DNA of 64,000 nt, from the NCBI RefSeq assembly GCF_009914755.1, contig NC_060947.1; one strand, 5' to 3'. The notes beneath the pieces are model-generated. The model did not search any database. It was given only the letters and a program-made list of their open reading frames with translations, and had not been told where the DNA came from. This stretch comes from the human T2T-CHM13v2.0 reference genome, Homo sapiens. Positions within the stretch are counted from its first letter, which is position 1; every line of letters begins with the position of its first letter. Made by a program: the position numbers and the translations under genes. This document shows positions 19,346-33,503 of the stretch, one piece after another.

Positions 19346-19489
19346 CCAAAATTTTGTTTAAATGAAGCACATTTAATGTCACTGGCCTCATCAAAATGAG
19401 AGCAAAGGTTATTGTACCATTAATAAATATTAGAATTATTTTTTAAAAGTTCATTTAATCTCTCATCCTTCTTTATTTCCATTTTTGTG

Positions 19490-19796
<307 letters not shown>

Positions 19797-20108
19797 TAAT
19801 ATATGACCAATACAGTGGTAAATAATGTAGTTTATAAATACTTATTTTAGGAGTGATAAAAATTTGGGGTGATAAAGGTGAGTAATCAAAAAAGCTAGGA
19901 AGTCCTTTACTTAAAGGCTGGTTAAGGGAAACTATTCTACAAATTGCCATATATTTTCATGATTCTACTTGCATAGAGATATGATGTATGTTAATTAGGA
20001 AAGAATAAATCATTCTGATGATTGTAATGCAGTTGCTCTTATGCAAGTAGTACAGCATAATGAATAAGAATTTTTGCTGTCATAAGACACATTCAAAAGT
20101 GGACTCTA

Positions 20109-20469
<361 letters not shown>

Positions 20470-20627
20470 CTAAAGCAGATCAAGCTAAAGTACTGTCAAA
20501 ACTAATACGTATTATTTGTGTGGGTTTCCAGAACATGGGTGAAGCATAGCCCTAAAAGGTAGCAAAATCTAGTACCGATGGGCGGGGGACTAGTTATTTG
20601 ATAATCTAAAGGTAAAAGAGTTGATTT

Positions 20628-20927
20628 GGCCGGGAGCGGTGGCTCACGTCTGTAATCTCAGCACTTTGGGAGGCCGAGGCGGGCGGATCACCTGAGGTTG
20701 GGAGTTCAAGACCAGCCTGACCAACACGGAGAAACTCCGTCTCTACTAAAAATACAAAATTACCCTGGCATGGTGGTGCATGCCTGTAATCCCAGCTACT
20801 CGGGAAGGCTGAGGCAGAAGAATCACGTGAACCTGAGAGGCAGAGGTTGCGGTGAGCTGAGATCACACCACTGCACTCCAGCCTGGGCAACAAGAGCAAA
20901 ACTCCATCTCAAAAAAAAAAAAAAAAA
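20628..20927 (+). mobile_element. AluSp-like
   Basis: Contains the diagnostic ctgaccaacacggagaaac. Duplicated flank agttgattt. Confidence 0.9.
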
Positions 20928-22339
20928 AGTTGATTTTAGAGCACGGAAAAATGAAACCAAATCCAGAGTATATGGTGGTCTGCAAAACTTAAAAAAAAAA
21001 AAAAAAAAAAGAAAAAAACTCAAGTAGAAAAGAAAGCTTCCAGGGATGCAGGGCTTCCTAAAATCCCCTTGTCTGGATCCAGCCACCTATGCACAAAAAT
21101 ACCAATGGATAACATCTTACTGGTAACATTTGCATGAGCATACAACATTGCTTACAGTCAATAAAATAATTGCTTTGGGATATTGTGTTGGTTATTGTAT
21201 CAACTGCCCCTTTCAATTTTAGGGTGATGTCTCTCCTAGAAAACTATAAATATTCTTATTAAAATGTAACTGTCTTAGATACCTATTCCAGGCTACTCAG
21301 ACAAATTCAAGGAAGTTTCAATTTATAAAGCTGCTAAGTCTGGCTTCTTAGAAGTTTCAAAGTTCCCTTTGGATTCAGACCCCAGCTCCCATCTCCCCAC
21401 ATCCTTTCTGGCTCTTGGGTTAAATAATGTAAATTACCTGGCCCCAAAGATTTTTCTGCAAGAGCTCCTTCTGCTGTCCTGGTAATTATCTTTGAATGTG
21501 TGCACAGTTTCAGGCCTTCCAAATCTTACTTCTTTCCCTGTCCTAGAGCTCTGTATTCTGCACTGTTACAGAATGCTCACTAGTTAGGAGGGCCAACTAT
21601 GTGCTAAGCGGTACACTAGCTGGCTAAGAAGAAAAGAACAGAGCTAGTCCATGCCCACAGAGTTCACAGTTTAGTAACAGAGACACTTAAATAATCCTAA
21701 AAAAAAAACATGGTAACCAAAGAAATATATGCATGAGATATTATAAGAATACCAAGGGAGGGCACATAATTCAGCTTGGGGAAAGGGAACTAGAAAGAGA
21801 ATATCCAGCAGTAGCACATGAACTGATTGTAAATTAATGTTTTTCAGCTGGATAAGCAGGAGAACGAGGGCTTTCCAGGCAAAGTGCGTAGCACTTACAA
21901 AAGCATGGAGGCATAAAGCAACGTGGTATGAGCAAGTAATACAATGATGCTGGTTGGTTTAAATTGTAAGGGAGAATGCGGAAGAGGCAGGTGGGGAATC
22001 ACATCATGTGTGGCTGGCGGGTGCTCCATATGCTACGCGCAAAAACACGGCTAATTAGCCTTTGACAACAGAAATCATTGAAGAGTTTTATGTAAAGCAA
22101 GGACTTGTTAGGGCACACTGACAATTTTGCAGACTATGGATTTGAGGAGGCTGTGGCATAAATCCAGGGGAAAGATAACAAGAGCCAAGAGTAGAGGGCA
22201 GTGGCACTAGAGATGGAAAGGGGCATATTAAAGACATTACACGGAGAGAAAATCTGCAGGACCTGTGAATGTTCTGTAACACAAGTACGGCCTCTTATAC
22301 TAGGACTTGGAGTTCTGATGTGCTAGATTTCTAATTAAG

Positions 22340-22600
22340 GACAGTATAGCATAGAATTGTGCTTAAAAGCACTGGATCTGAGCTGCCTGGGTTAAAATCA
22401 CAGCTTTGCTTTTTCCCTGAATTAACTTTGGGCAAGTTATTTAACCTCCTTGAGTCTGTTTCCCCATTTGTAAAAATGAGGATTAATAATAAGAGCTCCT
22501 GCCTATGGCTTTGAGGATTCAAGCATGCATCATGAGTAAAAGGCATAGCATAGTGCCTGGCCTAGAGTAAGCACCCAATATTGGTAGCTGTTTAGTTTTA
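22340..22600 (+). mobile_element. MIR
   Basis: Contains ttgggcaagttatttaacctccttgagtctgtttccccatttgtaaaaatgag. Confidence 0.8.
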
Positions 22601-23244
22601 ATTATTATTAACCATATGCTTTGGAAAATATATGAGCATATGGCAGTTTTGACATCTTTCTATGAAATTTGAGAAATCTAATCAGTATTCTTGCCTAGAT
22701 GGAAGGTCACCGTACCTCTCTGCATGGAGGGAGGCTGACAAGCATAAATATGAAGCAAATGTTAGTAATTAGATATGATCAGTTTAAAGGATATTTATTT
22801 ATACACTGTTCCAGACAGGATTTAAAGTGACTTACAAAGATTCATAAAACATCAAAAAATATCATAAATTTTAAAAATAGGATCAAAAAGAAGAAAAATA
22901 GGAGTGGAGACAAACTGGTAGAGTCAGTATCAAGGCTCCAAAACCAAAGGGCAACTGAGGCTTCCTAGGAGTCAGCTGGGGTCTAGACCCTCACCTGTCC
23001 ATCCATGGAGCACATCTATGCCTCACATAAAATCCCCTAGGGCCTGCCTTCACAAATCCATTCTCAAAAGTTGTATGGGAGCAAAGCTGTATTTTTCCCT
23101 AACAATGAGAAATTTACAACTAGCTCTTAATTTTACAAAATTCTGATTTTGCAGTAAGGTTTTGGCTCCCTACGATCCTTTTCAAAATAGATTCTACAAA
23201 AGTAGAGTTTGCATGTGCTGAGGCATTTTGTGCTTTTCACTCCT

Positions 23245-23540
23245 TTTTTTTTTTTTTTTGTGAGATGGAGTCTCACTCTGTTGCCCAGGCTGGAGTTAGG
23301 CAGCGCCATCTCAGCTCACCTCAACCTCCGCCTCCTGGGTTCAAGGGATTCTCCTGCCTCAGCCTCCCAGTAGCTGGGATTACAGGTGTGTGCCATCACA
23401 CCCGGCTAATTTTTGTATTTTTAGTAGAGACAGGGTTTCACCATGTTGGCCAGGCTGGTCTCAAATGCCTGACCTCGTGATCTGCCCATCTCGGCCTCCC
23501 AACGTGCTGGGATTACAGGCATTAGCCATCTCACCTGGCC
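23245..23540 (-). mobile_element. AluS
   Basis: TSD ttttcactccttt. Confidence 0.92.
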
Positions 23541-23589
23541 GGTTTTCACTCCTTTTAAGATATCCACCAACTGATGAAGATGATGACAA

Positions 23590-23830
23590 TGATAGTTAAC
23601 ACTTCTATAATGTTTATTATGTACCATGCACTCTTCTAAGCACTTTATTTAGTCCTCACAATCACACTATGAGGTAGGTACTAAATTATTATGTCCACTT
23701 TACAAATGAGGAAAGTGAGGCACAGATTGAGCAAATAACTTGCTCAAGGTCACATGCCCTGTGACAGTCTGGTTTTTGGACCCAGGCCGTCTGGTTCCAG
23801 AGTCCAAGCTCTTAACCGTTACATTACATT
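23590..23830 (-). mobile_element. MIR
   Basis: Contains cactttacaaatgaggaaagtgaggcacaga...acttgctcaaggtcaca. Confidence 0.8.
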
Positions 23831-26249
23831 ATACTGTCTCTTCATATTCTGGCAATATTGCTCTATATGGTGATTTTTGGAAAAGGGAACATCAACCTCA
23901 GGAACTTGAGGTGGGGTTTCTAAAAGTCTTCAGCTAATAACAAACACAATGTTTGAGAGGCCCTCAGTCTGGCTTACTTTCCCAGACCCCTGACCTCCTC
24001 CTGCAATATGTGTAACACGCCAGAGCAACTCTAGCTCAAAGCAACATTATACGCAAGACAATAACTCATTCCCCTCATCCAGGACATCCATCCTAAAAGA
24101 TGGCAGGTGCATAATGGTGGGGCAGGGGGTGGGGGTGGGCAGCAGGGTGGAAGAAGGCAGTGGTAGTAACTAAAATGCCTCTTTTGTTAGCTTTTAGAAT
24201 CATATGTGGGGACAATTTCCTCCAGATGGAATCCACATAGCTACCTTTCAATACCAACAAATTCTGTTCATAAATGGTTTGTAGAAATTCCCACTTAAAA
24301 TAATATATACAACTCTAAAACAAGTCCCAGAAGGAAGTCAGATATCTTAATACTATATATTCATTTCTCCTGCAGAATGGTTGTTTTGGATATGTGGAAA
24401 TGTGGTCCTTCATGATTCTACACGTTTGTCCCCTGCTCCTCAGCAACTCTAGAAGGTGCCTTAAACCCACCACCAATCCTAGAAGGCAGATTTCCATAAA
24501 TGTGATACATAGAAGTAACTCTAAAATATTATAAAGACCATGTGTCCAAACACCCTACTTGGCAACAGGGAAAATACATATATTAAAACAAATCCCATTT
24601 AGCTTTCCAGCTTTCAAAATCTACATTTGAAGCTTCCTCTAACATGAGCCAGACACAAGAGCCTCATAGGCTGATGGGTGCAGGATGGCCAGTTTACCCT
24701 CTTCTCTGCCAAAAGCCCCTTCCTTGACAGCCCCATTTTTTAGATTTTTAAAAAATCTAAAATCCCCAACTAAAAGAATGGACTGTTTTAAAATCTAGGT
24801 CATTTATATGTACAAAACATTTTTAAGTCCAGTGAGAGCTGACACATTGTTATTTTTCAATAAGCCTCATCACCTCCCACGCAGAACACTATTATCTTTC
24901 CTTAGTCAACAAGCTTTGATAATGCAGCACTCCCGCAGGGAAGACCCTCTTCTCCTGCTGGGATCACAGATGGTGGGGATTTCTAAACTGAACTCTAACT
25001 GGCATCTGATTATTTCTTGCAGACCATGTCACCTAAAAATTACCCACACAGTCCCCTTAAATGTGAAATCATCATGGTTCATGACTAATCCAGCCCATGC
25101 TCACACATAACTGTGATTTCATGCATTTGGTTTCTTTTTAATTTTAGGGATGCTGTGATCTGGCTATGGCCACAGAAACCTTAAAACAATAAAAAATAAC
25201 CTGTAGTTGAATTTAAATTGAATTGCATACGTGGCAGGTAATTTTAAAGTGTTACTTGAGGCCTATAAGATGCCAAATAAATGCTTATTTCTTTCAAATA
25301 AAATATTAATAAATATATACATGACCATATGTACATTAAAAGGTAGGTATAAATAATAAAATAAATTGGAGAATAATATAAAAATAAACATAAAATATTA
25401 ACTTATTACAAGCCCTCTTTCCCTCCTAAACTGCTTAACCATAATTACTTTACACATTACATCAAATCCCTAGAGCAAGATTAGTACATGCATTATCAAC
25501 ATCTGGTCTACAGCTTGAAGCAATATCCTAATATTTTTAAAAAATACAGTATAAAAAATTAAAACCAATGAAATATTCAAATTAGATTTGTATATATTTG
25601 TTTATTTTCAATACTGACATAGTAAGTAAAAATACCTTAAAAAGTTCTAAGGGGAAAAGAGGTATGAGTTTTCATAATTCAGTAAGTATAACTTGAGATA
25701 AAGCAAGATACTCAAAATGCCTAGATGGACCTTCTTAGCCCCCATATATGTAAATATTTGATCCTGGTATTATCATTAGTTACAAATAAAGCTACACATA
25801 CAGGAATCAGCACATCAATAAGGATGTTCTTTTAGTTTATAAAAATAATCTCCCCCACTAGATTGTAAGCTGTATGACAGAAGGGACTTTGTTTTGTTCA
25901 TTTCTGTACCTTTGGTGCCTAGAGCACTGCCTGGATCATAATATGCACAAAATAAATATTTGTTGAATGAATGAGCTGGCATCAAGAATACCATATATCA
26001 TATTCAGCCACACCCAAGAGCTTATCATCTAGGACTTCTCCACCTTTGATATCACTGATTCAACACCCCCTCTCTGACCACAACCTGCTGTGCTTCTAGC
26101 CTATTCAGCCAATGAGCCCCCCAACTAGCCCCATTCCTGTTCTCAGATTTCTTGGATGGGGGCAGTCTTCCATAGACCCTTCTGCTTTCACCTCCTCAGC
26201 TCCTTCCCATCTTTACTTCCTTCCCAATAACATTTAAATTTTATTGTTT

Positions 26250-26546
<297 letters not shown>

Positions 26547-27596
26547 AATTCTATTGTTTCAACTGCACTCTTGTCAATATCCTCAATAATGCATAATTTC
26601 ACTGCAAATATCTGATTTAAAAAACCATAGCTCTTCTAAGCCCAACTGTTATACTTTATGCATGCACAAGGACTCCTGAGATCTACTGGAGAAAAAAAAA
26701 ATCACACTCTGGTAGATTATTATCCATATGAATTCTTGGTCACCAAGCTCATCTTAACCCTGCCTGGCACTGCAACTATGCTTCCCTAGGCTGCTCTCCT
26801 GTTCTCCACAATAACTATTTCAAACCTTCTTCAAATACCACAAATATCTAACTCAAACCTTGTCCCATCTTAACCCCTGCTCTAAGAGGTTGGCCTTAAC
26901 TATTATATCATAGAGAAATAGAAATACCATCAGACAAGTTCCTGCCGCCAAATCTATGAACCTACTTTCATCTATGCCTATTGAGGATAATCCTCTACCT
27001 CAATCTGGATCCCCTCCCATCTGGCATAAGGACTTTGCCTTCCAAGGATTTTGCTCTATTAATTAGTCCCTCCTTCCCACCAGCCTTTAAAGAAACTCAA
27101 GTCCTTCCTAAATAAATAAATAAATAAATAAATAACAGGTCCTCAATCTCAACTCCTTCCTTGCTACTACCCTTTCTCTGCTCTTCAAAGCCAGACAGAT
27201 TTCTCTAAGGAATTGTACATAATCACTGCCTTCACTTCCTCATCTCTCCAATCATTTCTCAACCCACCATAGTTTAGCTTTCTGCCTCACAGTTCTCTGA
27301 AATTGCTCTAAGGTCACCAAGAACTTCCTAAATCCAATAGACAGTTCTTGGTCTTCCTAGATTTCTCTGGATCTTTAGTACCACTGACCATATTTTTAAC
27401 ATAGCCATTTCATTTTGAGAAACTTATTCTGCTGATATTCAAGTAAATTCACAAATATATATTCTGAGGATGCTCAATATTTGAAACAGCAAAAAAAAAA
27501 AAATTAAAGAACATAAACATCCATCAAAGGAAACTGACTAGTTATTGTACACACATATTAGGGAATATTGTGCCTTTGTTAAAAAGAAGAAGGTAC

Positions 27597-29342
27597 GGTC
27601 TCCCTCTGATGCAGAGGTGAAGCTGGACTGTACTGCTGCCATCTCGGCTCACTGCAACCTCCCTGCCTGATTCTCCTGCCTCAGCCTGCCGAGTGCCTGC
27701 GATCGCAGGCGCGCGCCGCCACGCCTGACTGGTTTTCGTATTTTTTTGGTGGAGATGGGATTTCGCTGTGTTGGCCAGGCTGGTCTCCAGCTCCTAACCA
27801 CGAGTGATCCGCCAGCCTTGGCTTCCCGAGGTGCTGGGATTGCAGACGGAGTGTCGTTCACTCAGTGCTCAATAGTGCCCAGGCTGGAGTGCAGTAGCGT
27901 GATCTCGGCTCACTACAACCTCCACCTCCCAGCCGCCTCCCTTGGCCTCCCAAAGTGCCGAGATTGCAGCCTCTGCCCGGCCGCCACCCCATCTGGGAAG
28001 TGAGGAGTGTCTCTGCCTGGCCGCCATCCCATCTAGGAAGTGAGGAGCGCCTCATCCCGGCCGCCATCCCATCTAGGCAGTGAGGAGCGTCTCTGCCCGG
28101 CCGCCCATCGTCTGAGATGTGGGGAGCGCCTCTGCCCTGCCGCCCCGTCTGGGATGTGAGGAGCGTCTCTGCCCGGCCGCCCCGTCTGAGAAGTGAGGAG
28201 CCCCTCCGCCCGGCAGCCGCACCGTCTGAGAAGTGAGGAGTCCCTCCGCCCGGCAGCCACCCCGTCTGGGAAGTGAGGAGCGTCTCCGCCTGGCAGCCAC
28301 CCCGTCCGGGAGGGAGGTGGGGGTCAGCCCCCGCCAGGCCAGCCACCCTGTCCGGGAGGGAGGTGGGGGGTCAGCCCCCGCCAGGCCAGCCGCCCCGTCA
28401 GGGAGGGAGGTGGGGGGGTCAGCCCCCCGCCCGGCCAGCCGCCCCGTCCGGGAGGGAGGTGGGGGGGGTCAGCCCCCCGCCCAGCCAGCCGCCCCGTCCG
28501 GGAGGTGAGGGGCGCCTCTGCCCGGCCGCCCCTGCTGGGAAGTGAGGAGCCCCTCTGCCCGGCCAGCCGCCCCGTCCGGGAGGGAGGTGGGGGGGGTCAG
28601 CCCCCCACACGGCCAGCCGCCCCGTCCGGGAGGGAGGTGGGGGGGTCATCAGCTCCCCCGCCCGGCCAGCCGCCCCGTCCAGGAGGGAGGTGGGGGGGGT
28701 CAGCGCCCCGCCCGGCCAGCCGCCCCATCCGGGAGGTGAGGGGCGCCTCTGCCCGGCCGCCCCTACTGGGAAGTGAGGAGCCCCTCTGCCCGGCCACCAC
28801 CCCGTCTGGGAGGTGTACCCAACAGCTCATTGAGAACGGGCCATGATGACAATGGTGGTTTTGTGGAATAGAAAGGGGGGAAAGGTGGGGAAAAGATTGA
28901 GAAATCGGATGGTTGCCATGTCTGTGTAGAAAGAGGTAGACATGGGAGACTTTTCATTTTGTGCTGTACTAAGAAAAATTCTTCTTCCTTGGGATCCTGT
29001 TGATCTGTGACCTTGCCCCCAACCCTGTGCTCTCTGAAACATGTGCTGTGTCCACTCAGGGTTGAATGGATTAAGGGTGGTGCAAGATGTGCTTTGTTAA
29101 ACAGATGCTTGAAGGCAGCATGCTCGTTAAGAGTCATCACCACTCCCTAATCTCAAGTACCCAGGGACACAAACACTGCGGAAGGCCGCAGGGTCCTCTG
29201 GCCTAGGAAAACCAGAGGCCTCTGTTCACTTGTTTATCTGCTGACCTTCCCTCCACTATTGTCCTGTGACCCTGCCAAATCCCCCTCTGCGAGAAACACC
29301 CAAGAATGATCAATAAAAAAAAAAAAGAAAAAAGAAAAAAAA
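27597..29342 (+). mobile_element. SVA retrotransposon, 5'-truncated (no CCCTCT hexamer array)
   Basis: Alu-like domain ~27597-27960, GC-rich VNTR ~27960-28815, SINE-R ~28815-29311, AATAAA and poly-A. TSD aaaaagaagaaggtac at 27581-27596 and 29343-29358, at a tt/aaaa L1-endonuclease site. Confidence 0.97.
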
Positions 29343-31243
29343 AAAAAGAAGAAGGTACTGTAGTTCTATATATACTGACACTGAAAGCATATTAAATTAA
29401 AAAAATTGCAAATCATATATATTATGATTCCATTTTTATTTGTTTACATTTTAGACAGATTGGATCATGGATGAATGGAAAAATGTCTAGAAAGAAATAC
29501 AATCTTAACATTGTTACCTCTGGAGAGTGGGATAAGCAGGAACAGAAGATTTATATGTTACCTTTTATTGAGTCAAGTAATAAAAATGTAGTCCCATCCC
29601 TAAGCACAGCAACACTTCTAGGTAAGAAAAAAATTTCACAGGAGATCAAAAGGGAATGGCCGTAGAGACTAGGGGAAAATATTTTAAGGTCACCAGGGCT
29701 AAGAGAGAAAGGAGAGAAGTGTAGCTAATGGTTTCAAACATGGAATGAGAGATCTATTAAAAACAAGAAGAGGTAAGTATCCAATAGACAGAGAGCGTGA
29801 ATAGATAATTCTTAAAGGGGAAAAATCACATGGCCAATACACATCAAAAAGAAAAAGTTTCACTCTTACTGGCAATAAAGATTTTTTTATGTTTGCTTAT
29901 TAATTCAGCAAAATTTCAGAAAGACAATTTTCAGTTTTTAAAAAGGATTTAAGAGATATTCTCATATTTTGTTGGCAAATGTAAATTAGTAAGGCCTGTT
30001 AAAAAGCAATGTGACAATCTGATTTCTAAGAAAACTGAACTTCACAGAACTTATCACAATTGTAATTAAAAAATTATGTGATACAATATTTAATATACAC
30101 TTCCCCTGCCGAAATAAGTTCCAGGAGAAAAATGGCCATTGTCTACCTTCTTCTCAGCCATACCTCAAGCATCTAGCTGGGTTGATGGATGGATAGATGG
30201 ATAAATCTACATTGTAGGATCCTGACTGTAGGCTCTCAGTTGGTGCAACGTAAATCCTCAGTAAATCAACACAGAGCATGGCACAACATAGGCCCTCAGT
30301 AAATCAAATCACGCTTTCTGATGAGTTTAAAGACACTGATACTAATGGTATTCTGATGCCTGAATCGATAGAGCTACAAACAAGAAGCAGTGTAGATGCC
30401 ATGGAAATTTTCTACTTCTTAAAAATTACTCAAGGTCAAGTTAGGTTTAGATAGTCACAGATATGAATATGAAAGCCACAGTGGTCCATCATTTCAACTA
30501 TTCTTCTGCCAGGGCCATCCAATCTCCAGCCCTCTCCCTATTTCTGTCACGGCCACCCGGAAAAAATTCCCCATACTAGATTGTCCACACTCTGTTCCTG
30601 GTCTGATGAGTGCTGCCAGACAGAATGGATACAGGGTTCTGCGACTTGAGGCAGAGACAAATTCAAGTTACCCAAGCCATTTTAAAACTTTTTTCCAGTT
30701 TTATGGAGGTATACTTGACAAAAATTGTGTCTATTTATGGTGTACAGCATGATATTTTGAAATACACATACATAACCTGGATGATATGCCCCTAAAGAAC
30801 TCCTCTTTTCGTCTCTCTCAAATGCTATTCCAACCCTTCACCATTCTTGCCTTCTTTACTCTCTGGTGAACCTTTCACTCTCTTGTTGGGGGCGGAGGGG
30901 CTCTCTCAAAATCCTGTCCCTCCACAGGTACTTCCTTCTCCATAGTTTTTACCAAGAGGATTGGTGAATCCTCTTGTTTCAATGGAAGAGCCACCACTTT
31001 TTCTCTAAGGCTAGTCTTTTCTCCTCTTTCACTCTGGCACTCCCACCCTCTGACTTTCTCGGGGACCTTGCATCATCAAGCTGTATGCCATCTGCACATA
31101 AATGGGCTCATCTATCTCTTATATTTAAAGTAAAACAAAATTAAATAAAACAGCCTTTTTATCCCCTGTGCCTTACTGTCTATAAGGAACACTCTCTCCT
31201 TCCCATCATAGCCAAGCTTCTTCAATGTATATACTACATGTTT

Positions 31244-31445
31244 TTAATTATATAAATTTATGGGGTACACATGCAATTTTGTTACATATGCAGTGGTTAA
31301 GTCAGAGACTTTAGGGTATCTATAACCTGAATAACATACATTGTACCCATTAAGAAATTTCTCATCATCTACCCTTCTCCCACCCCTCACCCTTCTGAGT
31401 CTCCATTGTCTATCATCCCACTCTCCATGTCCATGTGTATCTACC
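31244..31445 (-). mobile_element. Short L1 3' end (L1MA/PB-like) within an L2
   Basis: Contains tttatggggtacacatgcaattttgttacatatg...ttgtacccattaag. Confidence 0.75.
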
Positions 31446-32099
31446 ATATTTTTTATCAGTCCTTCTCAGTCCTCACTGCCCAACCCTCTACGATCTGCCT
31501 TCTCTCCTCCTGCTGCACTGATGTTGTCATTGGCCTCCTAATTGCCAAATCTAATGAACGTGTTTTTTAAATGTTTTATAGTGGGTTTTATCTGATTACG
31601 AGAGGGGTACACATCATGAACAAAGTTATGACATATGACAGACTAGAGAGAAAAAAACTTGCACTATATAATAGGCAATGGGTAAATATAACTAATAAAT
31701 ATAGTGTTCTTACAAACAAATCAAATATATAACCCAAAAGATAAATGTGCAAAGGATATAAAGGAGCAAGTCTTGGAAAAATACAAATAGCTAGCACAAA
31801 TGAAAAGATGCTCAGCCACACTAGTGATCAGAGAAATGCCAAGTTAAATCAGTTAGATACTATTTTTCACCTATCAGATTGGAAAAAATTAAAAGCGTCA
31901 TCCATCCTCAGCAAGGGCAGGAGGAAAACCACTCGCAATGGTGAAAGGGTAAACCCTCTTAGATGTCACTCTGGTGATGCCTATTTAAATTGTTTAATGT
32001 ATATGTCCTTTGACCTAACAATTCTCCTATTAGAAAGCTATCCCACAAAAATACTTGTGTATATATATATCCTTGAGCATTATGCAAGAATGTTTGTGG

Positions 32100-32610
32100 C
32101 AGACGTGTGGTGGCTTGGACTAGGGTGACAGGCAGAGGAGATGGAGACGTGTGGCAGAACACATGATACAGTCTGAAGATCAGGTCAGCAGGACTCCCTC
32201 ATGAATTAAATTGGGTGGAGAGCAGTGATAGAAAAAGAAGAATCAAGGGTGATCTTAGGTTCTTGGTTTGAGCAACTGAATGGATGATGGTGACATTTTA
32301 CTGAGACAGGGAGTGCTGAGGGAAGAGGGTGGGAATACAAGGGCAATCGGGAGTGCCGTTTTGGCCACGTTACATTTGAGAGGTCTATCTGATAGGCAAG
32401 CAGAGATGTCAAATAGGTCATTGGATATATGAGGCTGCAGCTTAGAAGAAAGGCCTGGGTAACAAACATAAATTTGGGAGTGACAACAGTCTAGACAGAT
32501 GTTCTTCAAAGCCATGCAGCTGGATGAGAGCCTCTGTGAAGATTTTAGATGGAGAAAAGTCCAGGGACTGAACCCCAGGTCACTGCAATGTTCAAAGGCT
32601 GGGGAGACAA
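32100..32610 (-). mobile_element. L2 fragment
   Basis: Contains gagcaactgaatggatgatggtgacatttt...ttggccacgttacatttgag...gaggctgcagcttag. Confidence 0.75.
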
Positions 32611-33208
32611 ATTTAGTAGAAAAAGAAGCTGGTCAGCTTTTTGTACAAATTTGAGTTTCAAATAAGTTAACATATATTAAATGATGAGAATCACATATTT
32701 ACCACCTTTTGAAGGGCCCAACTCCTTCCAAGTCTGTCTTCTAAGAGATTCTGGCCTCTTCCTTTCTGAACATTTCAAAACACTTTTAAACAGAATAGCA
32801 CTTTTTTCTTTTATGTTACACAGTGGTTTCTCCAGACTGCACAGTCATCCTGGTAGAAAACTAGTTAAGTACAACACAAATAGCACTCAGCTACGGCTTT
32901 TCCATAAAGTTCCATAATCCAATAACCACCTCATACCTAAAAGGCTATGGGTAACTTGAAACCAGAAGCCTAATTTGTGCCATCCGTTATTCTTTTGAGC
33001 TGTTCACTTCCCCATTGCACAGTAACTTTCTCCAGCCTCTTATTGATCTTGCGAGAAGCCTGAAAAGCCTCAAGACATCTGACAATCCACACCCCTTCCT
33101 CCCAGTGCAGTCCCCCTTCCTACCAACAAGAAGCACAACATTTTTACATTTCCACTTTTAAACTTTAGAGATTTCCACCCAGAGACTCATACTTTTAAAA
33201 AATAGAGA

Positions 33209-33503
33209 GGCCAGGAGCGGTGGCTCACGCCTGTAATCCCAGCACTTTGGGAGGCCGAGGAGGGCAGATCACGAGGTCAGAAGATCGAGACCATCCTGGC
33301 TAACACGGTGAAATCCCGTCTCTACTAAAAACACAAAAAGTTAGCCGGGCATGGTGGCGGGCGCCTGTAGTTCCAGCTACTCAGAAGGCTGAGGCAGGAG
33401 AATGGCATGAACCCAGGAGGCAGAGCTTGCAGTGAGCCAAGATCGCGCCACTGTACTCTAGCCTGGGCGACACAGCGAAACTCTGCCTCAAAAAAAAAAA
33501 AAA
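33209..33503 (+). mobile_element. AluY
   Basis: Y diagnostics (catcctggctaacacggtg, gaatggcatgaaccc, gagcttgc). Confidence 0.93.

Noticed and set aside
27649-29143. Many overlapping Pro/Gly/Arg-rich ORFs
   Set aside because: Artefacts of the GC-rich SVA VNTR, which lacks stop codons.
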